A stretch of 64,000 bases of DNA from positions 1 to 64,000 of the IMG/VR virus record IMGVR_UViG_3300025137_000028; one strand, written 5' to 3'. The translations under genes were made by a program, and so were the position numbers. The notes below the pieces were generated by a model. That model saw only the letters and a list, made by a program, of their open reading frames with translations. It was not told where the DNA came from and did not search any database. Positions 1 to 9,618 of the stretch are shown here, piece by piece. Source of the stretch: a virus. The stretch's first letter is position 1. Every line of letters begins with the position of its first letter.

Positions 1-74
1 ATAATAGTACAATCAGTAGCACTTTCAGCTAACGCAAGTTTTAAAATATCTTTTTTTAATTGTGTATCTTTCAT
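1..74 (-). CDS. hypothetical protein, runs off the window edge (MKDTQLKKDILKLALAES...)
   Basis: Read by eye. ATG at 74, GAGG upstream, frame open to the edge. Confidence 0.6.
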   Translation of the reverse strand, partial: MKDTQLKKDILKLALAESATDCTI

Positions 75-77
75 AGT

Positions 78-239
78 CTATTTCCTCATATCGTTTAAGT
101 TCATTTCATCATAAGATAAAACTTTTTTTAAATGTGTCTTACATAGATCAACAGGTATTATACCTAATTTACCTACAAGTGATTCACCTTTCTTTACTGT
201 GAATACTTTTTTACATACTGTACATTTACCTTTTTTCAT
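78..239 (-). CDS. 53-aa zinc-ribbon-like protein (CTVC...CKTH)
   Basis: Read by eye, below the ORF-track cutoff. Its ATG overlaps the upstream stop (TAATG). Confidence 0.7.
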   Translation of the reverse strand: MKKGKCTVCKKVFTVKKGESLVGKLGIIPVDLCKTHLKKVLSYDEMNLNDMRK

Positions 240-493
240 TAAGCTGCCTCCAACATAGACATTGGTACTCTGTACACTCTACCATTTAAATCAACTAAAC
301 ATCTAGCATTCATTATTTTTGTAATAACACCAGGTGTCTTTTTAGTTTTCTGAACAACATTAACTTTCATGCCGACTCTCATCATTGATTTAACTTTAGT
401 CTTAATAAGATCAGTAATATAATCTTTTGTAATATTCAAATCTTCAACATTAAGACTTGATAATTGTTTGTTTATTTCAGTTAGTAGTATCAT
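239..493 (-). CDS. small hypothetical protein with SH3/KOW-like C-terminus
   Basis: Start moved to ATG 493, which follows GGAG. C-terminus VGMKVNVV...GVITKI...RVPMSML. Confidence 0.75.
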   Translation of the reverse strand: MILLTEINKQLSSLNVEDLNITKDYITDLIKTKVKSMMRVGMKVNVVQKTKKTPGVITKIMNARCLVDLNGRVYRVPMSMLEAA

Positions 494-513
494 AGTGTTT
501 TCTCCTTTATTGT

Positions 514-870
514 TTATCTTAAATATAATGGTCCTGTCCATTGAATAGCATAGTTACCAGTAAGTACATTACCTCTAGCGGAGTTAAGTGCTGGTGCTCT
601 CCAACCGGCAGGTTTTAAAATATCACCCATTTTAAAATGTTTAAAGTCTTTCATAACGATAAAAGCTTTTACACTACCACCGTTTACAACTTTAATAAAC
701 TTTTTCATTGTTTTGATTTCAAAACCAGTGGCATATTCTTTCCACATTTTTTCTTTTACTTCTTTATTATCACTACGACCAAAGTTATTACCATAGTCTT
801 CATTCATAGCATTGGTCATATTCATAATACCTTCATTTAAGGTTTCTGCTGTTTTATTTACTGTAATCAT
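514..870 (-). CDS. conserved hypothetical phage protein
   Basis: 118 aa with the motif GDILKPAGWRAPA..ARGN, which I recognise from marine phage early proteins. Confidence 0.8.
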   Translation of the reverse strand: MITVNKTAETLNEGIMNMTNAMNEDYGNNFGRSDNKEVKEKMWKEYATGFEIKTMKKFIKVVNGGSVKAFIVMKDFKHFKMGDILKPAGWRAPALNSARGNVLTGNYAIQWTGPLYLR

Positions 871-1136
871 TATTTTATCTCCATAGCTTTGTAGTCGTTA
901 ATAATTTTATTAATAGCATTTTTCATATTAATATCAATCATGTTTAAAAGTGTTTCATCAACTTCAATAACTTCTTTTATTGTTGACTTCATTTTTCTAA
1001 TTTTATTGTAAGCAACATTTCTTACAATTGAAAGGTTTAAGTTATTCATTTTTTTCATATTGTTTTTCTCCTCTTGTTCTCTCAACTCGTTATATTTCTC
1101 AATATCACTCAATGCGTTTTTAGATAATATATTCAT
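870..1136 (-). CDS. hypothetical protein
   Basis: ATG 1136 follows the upstream stop. An alternative start at 1058 follows GGAG. Confidence 0.65.
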   Translation of the reverse strand: MNILSKNALSDIEKYNELREQEEKNNMKKMNNLNLSIVRNVAYNKIRKMKSTIKEVIEVDETLLNMIDINMKNAINKIINDYKAMEIK

Positions 1137-1137
1137 A

Positions 1138-1356
1138 TTATTTGTCAGCATATAATGATTGAGAAAATAGAGACATTGTAAAACTAGCAATACCTACACA
1201 AACTGCCGAAGCACCTAGTAAATATTGATCTGTTTCTATAGCACCTACAGCAGATACCATAGCCAATGTACCTACAACAGCAAATACTACTGTCATATAT
1301 TCATATATCTTTTTTTTCATAATGTTTTTCCTTTTGTTACTGTTTTTGTTTTTCAT
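1138..1356 (-). CDS. small two-TM membrane protein
   Basis: Two hydrophobic segments. Start is ATG 1356 (leaderless) or 1320. Confidence 0.75.
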   Translation of the reverse strand: MKNKNSNKRKNIMKKKIYEYMTVVFAVVGTLAMVSAVGAIETDQYLLGASAVCVGIASFTMSLFSQSLYADK

Positions 1357-1363
1357 ATATACT

Positions 1364-1392
1364 ATTATACCATAGATTCGTTTTAAAATCAA
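1364..1392 (-). promoter_or_regulatory. sigma70-type early promoter
   Basis: TTGATT-17 nt-TATAAT heading the minus-strand gene run. Confidence 0.8.
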
Positions 1393-1420
1393 GCGAAAAA
1401 AGCATAAAAATCAAAAAAAA

Positions 1421-1600
1421 ATGATAAAATCCCTAATTTTTCTTACGTTTGTTCTTATTTTGTTCTCATCTTGTTCTAAAAAACCAGTAAATTGTAAAAT
1501 TTCGCCTGATTTAGAGAAAATAGGCGAATCAGCAGTTGAAAATTTAGAAAATTTATCAGAGACTAACTTAAAAAGTGGCAAAATGCGTTGTAATTTTTAA
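1421..1600 (+). CDS. 59-aa putative lipoprotein
   Basis: Read by eye: MIKSLIFLTFVLILFSS-C (signal II / lipobox-like). No clear SD. Confidence 0.55.
   Translation: MIKSLIFLTFVLILFSSCSKKPVNCKISPDLEKIGESAVENLENLSETNLKSGKMRCNF
1451..1476. promoter_or_regulatory. GTTC-N7-GTTC-N7-GTTC, alphaproteobacterial LexA-box-like
   Basis: GTTC at 1451, 1462 and 1473. Confidence 0.5.
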
Positions 1601-1613
1601 GATAAATAATCTT

Positions 1614-1772
1614 ATGAGTATTAATTGTCAAAATTGTGGACATGACTGTCATTGTGGCAAAAATTGTGAAAAAGATTACGGTGAATTGAAGAAAACAGTT
1701 TGTTGTACACATTGTCGTTGTGAAAAAGTTGACGATTCTTGGAAAGATCAAGTAAAATACGATAATATTTAA
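1614..1772 (+). CDS. Cys/His-rich small metal-binding protein
   Basis: ATG 1614 lies 5 nt after GATAAATA (1601-1608). 9 Cys and 3 His. Confidence 0.7.
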   Translation: MSINCQNCGHDCHCGKNCEKDYGELKKTVCCTHCRCEKVDDSWKDQVKYDNI

Positions 1773-1787
1773 TAATGGAGATATAAA

Positions 1788-2042
1788 ATGGCAAAAATGA
1801 GAATATTTAAGTTTTGGAATGAAGCAGGTGATGAAAAAGAAAAAGAAGATTTAAGTTTAAAGAAAGCTGTTAGATCGGTACAAGGGGATTTTAAAGATAA
1901 AATTATTGGCGTTGAATATGTCACTAAAAAAGGCAAAAAAATTATTGATTCTGTACAAATACCGATAGGAAGAAAAATTAGACAAGCATTAATAGCAGAA
2001 AATGAAAAGAAGCGTTTAAAGGCGCTTAAAGAGGCAAGATAG
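1788..2042 (+). CDS. hypothetical basic protein
   Basis: 84-aa ORF with GGAG SD. Confidence 0.8.
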   Translation: MAKMRIFKFWNEAGDEKEKEDLSLKKAVRSVQGDFKDKIIGVEYVTKKGKKIIDSVQIPIGRKIRQALIAENEKKRLKALKEAR

Positions 2043-2043
2043 T

Positions 2044-2187
2044 ATGGCTAAATTATCAAAATCTTTTGTGGCTCATGTTAGTCAACCTAAAAAGACTTCT
2101 CAAAATACGAGAAAAGGTGCTAAAATGAGTTCTATGAACAAACATAAGAAAAGATCGTTTAAAGTTTACAACTCACAAGGAAAATAA
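2044..2187 (+). CDS. 47-aa basic protein of the type found before PAAR/gp25 in marine T4-like phages
   Basis: Read by eye: MAKLSKS...PKKTSQ...SMNKHKKRSFKVYNSQGK. Its stop overlaps the PAAR start. Confidence 0.75.
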   Translation: MAKLSKSFVAHVSQPKKTSQNTRKGAKMSSMNKHKKRSFKVYNSQGK

Positions 2188-2486
2188 TGCCAGCAGTTAG
2201 TCGTCAAGGTGATAGTTTAAGTACAGGTCACATATGTACAGGTACAACAACTCTTTCTACACCTGGACAATCAACTGTACGAGCAAATAGTATATTGATT
2301 GCTAGAATAGGCGATCCTACTGTATCACATCCTTTTCCACCTAACCCTCCTTGCGCCCCACATGTAGCAAATGTAAACGCAGGTTCTTCAACAGTAAAAG
2401 TACACGGAATTGCTGTGGCAAGAGTAGGAGACTCAGCAGACGCAGGTTCTATGACAAGTGGAAGTTCTAACGTAAACGCAGGATAA
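2187..2486 (+). CDS. PAAR spike-tip protein (gp5.4-like)
   Basis: MPAVSRQGD, IARIGD and VARVGD repeats with His/Cys ligands. Confidence 0.93.
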   Translation: MPAVSRQGDSLSTGHICTGTTTLSTPGQSTVRANSILIARIGDPTVSHPFPPNPPCAPHVANVNAGSSTVKVHGIAVARVGDSADAGSMTSGSSNVNAG

Positions 2487-2490
2487 GTAG

Positions 2491-2498
2491 TATAAATA
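2491..2498 (+). promoter_or_regulatory. T4-type late promoter
   Basis: TATAAATA upstream of gp25. Confidence 0.8.
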
Positions 2499-2506
2499 TT
2501 ACTGTC

Positions 2507-2935
2507 ATGGCAAGTTATAGCGCAGAAAATACAAGTAATAATAGTACCCGAGCAAATAGAATCTATAAAGATTTAGATTTAGACTTTGGTCGTAATGTTG
2601 TAACTAATGATGTAAATAGTTTGAAAGATGTTGAAGCTGTAAAAAGAAGTGTTAGAAATTTAATTAATCTAAATCACTTTGATAAACCTTTTCATCCTGA
2701 AATAGGAAGTAATATTCGTGCTTTATTATTTGAAAATATGACACCTCTTACTTCTTTAAATTTACAAAGACAAATAGGTAACGTTTTGGCAAACTATGAA
2801 CCAAGAGCAAGAATTTCACAGATACTTGTTAGAGATTTAATTGATCAAAATAGATACCACGTTAGAATAAGTTTTTATGTAGTAGGTACACCAGATCCTG
2901 TAACAGTAGAAACATTTTTAGAAAGATTAAGATAA
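2507..2935 (+). CDS. gp25: baseplate wedge subunit gp25
   Basis: YKDLDLDF, AVKRSVRNL, PFHPEIGS, NYEPR. Confidence 0.93.
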   Translation: MASYSAENTSNNSTRANRIYKDLDLDFGRNVVTNDVNSLKDVEAVKRSVRNLINLNHFDKPFHPEIGSNIRALLFENMTPLTSLNLQRQIGNVLANYEPRARISQILVRDLIDQNRYHVRISFYVVGTPDPVTVETFLERLR

Positions 2936-2936
2936 A

Positions 2937-4793
2937 ATGGCAAGTAATAAACTTAACGTATCAGATTTAGATTTTGATGATATAAAATCAAATTTAAAAA
3001 CATTCTTACAAAATCAAGCAGAGTTTTCAGATTATAATTTTGAAGGTTCAGGCTTTAATATTCTTTTAGATTTATTAGCATACAATACACACTATCTAGG
3101 TTTCAATGCTAATATGTTAGCAAATGAAATGTATTTAGATTCTGCTGACATAAGAAAAAATATTGTATCAATAGCAAAAATGTTAGGCTATACTCCTACA
3201 TCACCTAAATCTCCTGTTGCTGATATATCAATAAAATTAAATAATGCCTCAGGCGCTTCAGTTACTATGGATAAAGGCACAATTTTTTCAACAACTGTTG
3301 ATGGTGTTTCTTATCAATTTTTAACTAACGAAGATATTACAATATCACCTACTAACGGTGTTTATAATTTTTCAAATGTTTCAATTTTTGAAGGCACATT
3401 AATTACTTTTAAATATACAGTTGACACATCTGATCCTGACCAAAAATTTATTATACCTAGTGAGTTAGCTGATACTACATCTTTAAAAGTTAGTGTACAA
3501 AATTCTTCTAGTGATAGTACGACAGCAATTTATACAAAAACATCTGGACTAACTTCAATAGATTCTACTTCTAAAGTTTACTACTTACAAGAAAATGAAG
3601 ACGCTAGATATGAAGTTTACTTTGGCGATGGCGTTTTAGGTAAAGCTGTTGAAGATGGTAATATTGTAATCTTAGAATATATTGTTTCAAACAAAGACGC
3701 TTCTAACGGCGCTTCTAGTTTTGCTTTATCAGGTACAATCGGTGGATTTTCAGACGTTACAATTACAACTAACTCTAGTGCTCAAGGCGGTTCTGATAGA
3801 CAATCAAAAGAGTCAATTAGATTTAACGCACCTTTACAATATTCAGCACAAGACAGAGCTGTAACAACTAGTGATTATGAAAGTTTAGTTAGATCATTAT
3901 ATCCTAATACACAAGCCGTTTCTGCTTGGGGTGGTGAAGATGATGAAACACCACAATATGGTAAAGTTATAATTGCTTTAAAAGCAAAATCAGGTTCTAC
4001 ACTAACTACTCAAACAAAAACGAATTTAATTGCTCAATTAAAAAAATATAATGTAGCAGCTGTTACACCTGAAATTGTTGATCCTGAAACAACAAGTTTA
4101 TTATTAACATCAACAATTAAGTATGATGAAAGAGCAACAATTAAAACATCTGACACAATAAAATCAAACGTTATAACAACACTCTCAAACTACAACTCAA
4201 CAACTTTACAAAAGTTTGATAGTGTCTTTAGATATTCAAAAGTTATTAGAGAAATAGACAATACTGATCCTTCAATTCTTTCTAATATAACAACTATTAA
4301 AATGAGAAAAGAATTTACACCTACTTTATCAACTTCAACAAAATATGATATTTACTTTAGAAATGCTTTATTTAATCCACACTCTGAACATAATAAATCA
4401 GGTGGCGGTATTTTAATTTCAACAGGATTTAAAATAGATGGCGATACTACTAATGAAATGTTTTTAGATGATGATGGTAATGGTAATGTTAGAAGATATT
4501 ACTTAGTAGGTTCAGTTAGAACATACTCTAATAATACACAAGGTACAATTGATTACACAACAGGTCAAATAACATTAAACTCATTAAACATTGCTTCTAT
4601 ATCTAATATAAGAGGTTCATCATCAACTGTAATTGAGTTAACTGTTACACCTAGTTCAAATGATGTTGCGCCTGTAAGAGCCCAAATTTTAGAAATAGAT
4701 ACATCAAACTCTACAATAACAGTTGAAGCAGATACTTTAATAGGTGGTTCATCTGACGCAGGAGTAGGTTACACAACAACTACTAGCTACTAA
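2937..4793 (+). CDS. gp6: baseplate wedge subunit gp6
   Basis: LDFDDIK, DYNFEGS, LAYNTHY, FGDGVLG, QDRAVT..DY. Confidence 0.95.
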   Translation: MASNKLNVSDLDFDDIKSNLKTFLQNQAEFSDYNFEGSGFNILLDLLAYNTHYLGFNANMLANEMYLDSADIRKNIVSIAKMLGYTPTSPKSPVADISIKLNNASGASVTMDKGTIFSTTVDGVSYQFLTNEDITISPTNGVYNFSNVSIFEGTLITFKYTVDTSDPDQKFIIPSELADTTSLKVSVQNSSSDSTTAIYTKTSGLTSIDSTSKVYYLQENEDARYEVYFGDGVLGKAVEDGNIVILEYIVSNKDASNGASSFALSGTIGGFSDVTITTNSSAQGGSDRQSKESIRFNAPLQYSAQDRAVTTSDYESLVRSLYPNTQAVSAWGGEDDETPQYGKVIIALKAKSGSTLTTQTKTNLIAQLKKYNVAAVTPEIVDPETTSLLLTSTIKYDERATIKTSDTIKSNVITTLSNYNSTTLQKFDSVFRYSKVIREIDNTDPSILSNITTIKMRKEFTPTLSTSTKYDIYFRNALFNPHSEHNKSGGGILISTGFKIDGDTTNEMFLDDDGNGNVRRYYLVGSVRTYSNNTQGTIDYTTGQITLNSLNIASISNIRGSSSTVIELTVTPSSNDVAPVRAQILEIDTSNSTITVEADTLIGGSSDAGVGYTTTTSY

Positions 4794-4795
4794 TT

Positions 4796-7363
4796 ATGGC
4801 AAAGTTCACTGATAAAATATCAAACCTGATAAATCAACAGGCGCCTGATTTTGTCTTAGCAGATCATCCTCAGTTTTTATCTTTTATTAAAACTTATTAT
4901 TCCTTCATGGAATCTGCTGAGTTAACTTTAACAAATGTTGAGGTAACAGACGGTATTTTATTAGAGACAGAAACAAATCAATCAAACAATTTATTATTAG
5001 ATGGCACAAGAGTAGATAACAGTAGAGCTGTTGTTGATGGTGATGATAAAGTTTTACAAGAACAAACTACATATGGTAAATTTGAAAGAAATGAAATTAT
5101 TACAGGTGCTACTTCAGGTGCTACAGCAACAATACTTGCTGAAGATTTATCTAATAATAGACTTTATATATCATCACAAAATAAATTTAAAGATGGCGAA
5201 GTAATTACAGGTAATAATTCAGGTGGTCGTGCTACAATTAGTAATTATAGACCTAATCCTGTAAATACAATTCAAAACCTTTTAGAGTTTAGAGATCCTG
5301 ACAAAGTAGTATCTAACTTTTTAACTAAATTTAGAAATGAATTTTTAAATACTTTACCAGAAAATTTAAATAATAATGTCAATAAAAGAAAATTAATTAA
5401 AAATATTAAATCTATGTACCGATCAAAAGGTACGGCTAGAGGGCATGAAATATTTTTTAAATTATTATTTAATTTAAATTCTGAAACATCTTATCCTAAA
5501 GAAAATATGTTAAGAGTTTCTGACGGTAAATTTAATACTAAAAAAATAATAAGAGCAATTGCTACTGTAGGTCAAACGGAAGATTTGATAGGTAGAACAA
5601 TTACAGGTAACACATCTAAAGCTACAGCAGTTGTAGAAAACGTATTTAAATTTCAGATAGGTGCTAATGAAGTTTCTGAATTTATTATTAACGAAGATAC
5701 TTTAACAGGCACTTTTCAAACTAGTGAAGTAATACAAGGTACTCTATCAGACGAGTCTGATACTTTTATAAAAGCAACTGTTTCAGGTAGTTTATCCACT
5801 CCGTCAATAACTAATGACGGTGCTTTACATTCAGCGAATGAGTCATTAACTATAACGGCAGCTGGTGAAGGTGGTAACGTTACTGTCGGCACAGTAGGTA
5901 CAGGTGGTATAACTAATTTTGTAATTGGTGCTGCTGGTTCAGGTTATGCTATAGGTGATGATCTTACTTTTAGTGCCGGAAACGCAAAGGCAAAAGTTTC
6001 AGTTGTAAATGGTGGTATAACTTTAGAAGATGGTACTGAAGCAAATTCTACAAGTCACATAGTATTAGAAGATGAAACAGTTAGAGGTGATCCTTACACA
6101 GGAGACAAAATTGTACAAGACGCAGGTACAGGTAATGAAGATATAACAGATATTAGAATTATAAATCAAGGTAACAATTATGAAAGTTTACCTACTGTTA
6201 CAGTTTCAACAGCAAGTGGCGGATCAGGTGCTAGTGTTTTTTGTTTTGGTAGTGAAATAGGTAGAGTACAAGAATTAAAAATTATTGAACATGGAAATGG
6301 GTTTGAACAATCGCCTGCTGCTACTCTCGCATTTAATAACAAAATTATTATTTCAGATTTATCAGGCACATTTACAGCAGCCGAAACTATAACAGGTATA
6401 GATTCAAGTTCAACTGCTGTGACAGCAACATTTGTATCTTTAGATACTGATAGAAATTTATTAACAGTTAAAGACTCAGATGGCAACTTTGATACTGATA
6501 CAACAATAACAGGCAGTTTATCTAGTGTAACAGCAACTGTAAAATTTTTAGATAATCCTACTGCTACAATTTCTAACAATGCTGTTGTTGATACAGATGG
6601 TGTTAGTTTAAATGAAGATGGTTTTTTATCTGAAACAACAATGAAAGTACAAGATAGTTTGTACTACCAAGATTATTCATATGTTTTAAAAGTAGGTCGT
6701 TCAATAAGTGACTGGCGAGATTCATTTAAGTCAACAATGCACGGTGCTGGTTTTTATTTTACAGGTCAAGTAGATGTAGAAAATCAATTAAATGTTAAAT
6801 TGAAATCTATTACAGGAGTAAATTCAGGTGTAGAGTACGATGGTCCTGCTTTAATTATTAATACATTATTCTCTACAATATTCGGTAGAAGATTAGGAAC
6901 TGAAACAGATGGTACATCATTAAGATCATCGCCACAAGCTGGTGTAGATCCTGACTTTAATGATAGTACGATTGAAAACTTTACAGCAAATACTAGAGAC
7001 GTAACATTAACACAAAGAATTGTATTAAAATTACCAGAGTATAAACAGTTTCCTGTGACAATTAGAGGAAACTCTACAAAATTCGGTATACCTGTGGCAG
7101 GTCCTACATTTAAAAGTGTGGGTGATTTTGTATTAGGCGGCAACTTCGGTAATTTAACACAAATAAGTGATCTAAATAATCTAAGATTAGGTAACACTTT
7201 TAATACAAGTGTTGATGGTATTGTGAATAGATTAAGTGATTTTAACTTTAGACTAAAAACGGCTTATGCGATACCGGCTGAGATATTTCAACTATCAGAG
7301 GACAGCTTTGATGAAAACCAAACATTCTTTGACGCAACGGATGTTTCTTTTGACGCTGTATAA
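4796..7363 (+). CDS. gp7: baseplate wedge initiator, gp7-like
   Basis: Lies after gp6. Motifs YRSKGT...FFKLLF and QDSLYYQDYSYV...HGAGF. Confidence 0.8.
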   Translation: MAKFTDKISNLINQQAPDFVLADHPQFLSFIKTYYSFMESAELTLTNVEVTDGILLETETNQSNNLLLDGTRVDNSRAVVDGDDKVLQEQTTYGKFERNEIITGATSGATATILAEDLSNNRLYISSQNKFKDGEVITGNNSGGRATISNYRPNPVNTIQNLLEFRDPDKVVSNFLTKFRNEFLNTLPENLNNNVNKRKLIKNIKSMYRSKGTARGHEIFFKLLFNLNSETSYPKENMLRVSDGKFNTKKIIRAIATVGQTEDLIGRTITGNTSKATAVVENVFKFQIGANEVSEFIINEDTLTGTFQTSEVIQGTLSDESDTFIKATVSGSLSTPSITNDGALHSANESLTITAAGEGGNVTVGTVGTGGITNFVIGAAGSGYAIGDDLTFSAGNAKAKVSVVNGGITLEDGTEANSTSHIVLEDETVRGDPYTGDKIVQDAGTGNEDITDIRIINQGNNYESLPTVTVSTASGGSGASVFCFGSEIGRVQELKIIEHGNGFEQSPAATLAFNNKIIISDLSGTFTAAETITGIDSSSTAVTATFVSLDTDRNLLTVKDSDGNFDTDTTITGSLSSVTATVKFLDNPTATISNNAVVDTDGVSLNEDGFLSETTMKVQDSLYYQDYSYVLKVGRSISDWRDSFKSTMHGAGFYFTGQVDVENQLNVKLKSITGVNSGVEYDGPALIINTLFSTIFGRRLGTETDGTSLRSSPQAGVDPDFNDSTIENFTANTRDVTLTQRIVLKLPEYKQFPVTIRGNSTKFGIPVAGPTFKSVGDFVLGGNFGNLTQISDLNNLRLGNTFNTSVDGIVNRLSDFNFRLKTAYAIPAEIFQLSEDSFDENQTFFDATDVSFDAV

Positions 7364-7365
7364 AT

Positions 7366-7530
7366 ATGAATATAAATAATAATGAGATAAAATTTGTTGT
7401 ATTAAAAAACGAAGAAGTTTTGAAACCAGGTGTTGATTTTATACTAGAAGAAGACAACATAGTATTAAAAACACCTTTACAACCAAATGAGAGATTATCA
7501 GTTAGAAAATTAGAGGAAAATAATGGGTAG
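7366..7530 (+). CDS. 54-aa protein, degenerate copy of the repeated tail beta-domain
   Basis: Read by eye. It fills the gap between two structural genes and aligns with the repeated VNG..P..DF module. Confidence 0.6.
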   Translation: MNINNNEIKFVVLKNEEVLKPGVDFILEEDNIVLKTPLQPNERLSVRKLEENNG

Positions 7531-8482
7531 ACAAGTAATTCAGATAGGTACAACCGCCAATGACGGAACAGGTACTACTATACGAGCTGGTGGTGATCTT
7601 ATCAATAATAACTTTAACGAGATATATTCAACTTTGGGTGATGGTTCTACTCTCGCCTTTACAATATCAGGTGTATCTAACGGACAAGCACTAGTATATA
7701 ATAGTTCAACAAGTAAATTTGAACCAGGAACGCCAGGCGTTTCTTCAGCATTTACAATCGCAGGAGATGGTGGTTCAAATCAAACAATTTCATCTAATGA
7801 CACACTAACAGTACAAGGTGGTACAGGTATCACTACGACAGGTGTTGCTACAGATAAACTATCAATTGCTATAGATAGTTCAGTTGCTACTTTAACTGGC
7901 TCACAAACTTTAACAAATAAAACTATTAACGGTCCTGATAACACTTTAACAAATATCGCTAATGGTTCATTAGCAAACTCTTCAATCGCAATAGGTGGGG
8001 TAACACTTGCCTTAGGTGCTACAGACGCTACACCAGCACTTGAATTATCTGACGCAACAGCATATCCTACATCATCTTTAGTAGGTACAATTTCTAATGC
8101 TCAATTGGGTGGTTCAATAGCAAACGCAAAATTAGCAAATTCAACAATTTCAGTTGCTGCTGATTCTGGTTCAACTGATCCTGTTTCTTTAGGTGAAACT
8201 TTAACATTTACAGGCGCTGGAGGTTTAACAACAGCAGTTTCAGCTAACACTATAACTTTAACGACAGGCGCATTAACTTATACAAAAAGTAAATTGACAG
8301 GTGACGGATCAACAACAGCATTCACTATAAATAGTGGTAGAGCGGTTGATAATTTATTAGTATTTGTAAATGGTATTTGTTTAGTACCGACAGATGATTA
8401 CACAGTTTCAGGAACAACATTAACTTTTGTAACGGCACCAGCAGCCTCAGCAGAAATAACTGTAAGGTTTTTACCGATATAG
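7523..8482 (+). CDS. baseplate/tail-fibre connector with gp9/gp10-like N-terminus
   Basis: N-terminal IQIGTTANDGTGTTIRAGG..INNNFNEIY and fibre-like repeats. Confidence 0.75.
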   Translation: MGRQVIQIGTTANDGTGTTIRAGGDLINNNFNEIYSTLGDGSTLAFTISGVSNGQALVYNSSTSKFEPGTPGVSSAFTIAGDGGSNQTISSNDTLTVQGGTGITTTGVATDKLSIAIDSSVATLTGSQTLTNKTINGPDNTLTNIANGSLANSSIAIGGVTLALGATDATPALELSDATAYPTSSLVGTISNAQLGGSIANAKLANSTISVAADSGSTDPVSLGETLTFTGAGGLTTAVSANTITLTTGALTYTKSKLTGDGSTTAFTINSGRAVDNLLVFVNGICLVPTDDYTVSGTTLTFVTAPAASAEITVRFLPI

Positions 8483-8490
8483 GATAAAAT

Positions 8491-9618
8491 ATGGGAACAA
8501 TTACACGAACAATAGCAAATAATATAACAACCGGTTTAGGTGGAGCTAGTGTTCCAACAACATTCAGAAACCTTATCATCAATGGAGATATGAGCGTTGC
8601 TCAAAGACCAACTACCACTGGAATAACTAATGCTAGTGGTGATGTTTATGTATGTGATAAATTTTGTTGGTCAGAAAGTGGTGGTATGACATCTACATTT
8701 ACAATGTCACAAGACAATGACGTTCCGGATGGATATGGTTTTGCTAAATCATTAAAATTAGATTGTACTGCTACAGACACACCAGCTACAAATGAAAGAA
8801 TAAGAATAGAAACAAGATTTGAAGGTCAACATTTACAATTACTTAAAAAAGGAACTAATAATGCTGAAAGTTTTACACTTTCTTTTTGGGTACAATCAGT
8901 AAAAACTGGAACTTACATTGTCAATTTCCTAGATGAGGATAATAGTAGGCATGTTTCTAAAGCATATACAATAAGTTCAGCTAACACTTGGGAAAAGAAA
9001 ACAATGACTGTGACACCTGACGGTAATGGTAGATTTGATAATGATAACGCACATAGTTTAACTATTGCTTGGCTTTTAGCTGCTGGTGATAGTTTAAAAT
9101 CTGGCTCTTTAGCAGATGTTTGGGCAGATTATGCCAATGCTAATTATGCTGCTGGTCAAGTTAACTTTGCTGATAACACAAACAATAACTTTTTTCTTAC
9201 AGGAGTACAATTAGAAGCTGGAACAACAGCATCGGATTTTGAGTTCTTGCCTTTTGATGTGACTAAAACAAGGTGTTTAAGATATTATCAAAAAAGTTAT
9301 GAGTATGCTACAGCACCTGGAACAAACACAACAAATGGACAACACACAACAGATGGCGGCGCTGGAGGAACAACAACTGGTGAATTATCTGGAGATATAG
9401 ATTTTAAAGAAATTATGAGAGCAGCTCCAACTGTAACTCTTTATGATAAAGCTGGTACAAGTGGAAAAAGTGCCAGACTTAGGTCTGGAGTATCCAGAAC
9501 AGATGGTCAAAATGGTACAGCTGGAGATATAACTCAAAAAGGTTTTACATTAACATCAACAGGAACAGCTCTTGCTAATTCTATTGATGTTCACTTTGAA
9601 GCAAAGGCAGATATTTAA
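8491..9618 (+). CDS. tail fibre / receptor-binding protein with carbohydrate-binding-like domain
   Basis: RNLIINGDMSVAQR...TGVQLEAG..ASDFE...RCLRYYQK module. Confidence 0.75.
   Translation: MGTITRTIANNITTGLGGASVPTTFRNLIINGDMSVAQRPTTTGITNASGDVYVCDKFCWSESGGMTSTFTMSQDNDVPDGYGFAKSLKLDCTATDTPATNERIRIETRFEGQHLQLLKKGTNNAESFTLSFWVQSVKTGTYIVNFLDEDNSRHVSKAYTISSANTWEKKTMTVTPDGNGRFDNDNAHSLTIAWLLAAGDSLKSGSLADVWADYANANYAAGQVNFADNTNNNFFLTGVQLEAGTTASDFEFLPFDVTKTRCLRYYQKSYEYATAPGTNTTNGQHTTDGGAGGTTTGELSGDIDFKEIMRAAPTVTLYDKAGTSGKSARLRSGVSRTDGQNGTAGDITQKGFTLTSTGTALANSIDVHFEAKADI

Noticed and set aside
637-840. Plus-strand 67-aa Phe-rich ORF
   Set aside because: It is antisense to the conserved 514..870 gene, and its composition mirrors that gene's Lys/Glu codons.
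7359-7378. Tandem TATAAATA as a special repeat
   Set aside because: More simply one or two late promoters for 7523 in AT-rich sequence. The first overlaps the gp7 stop.
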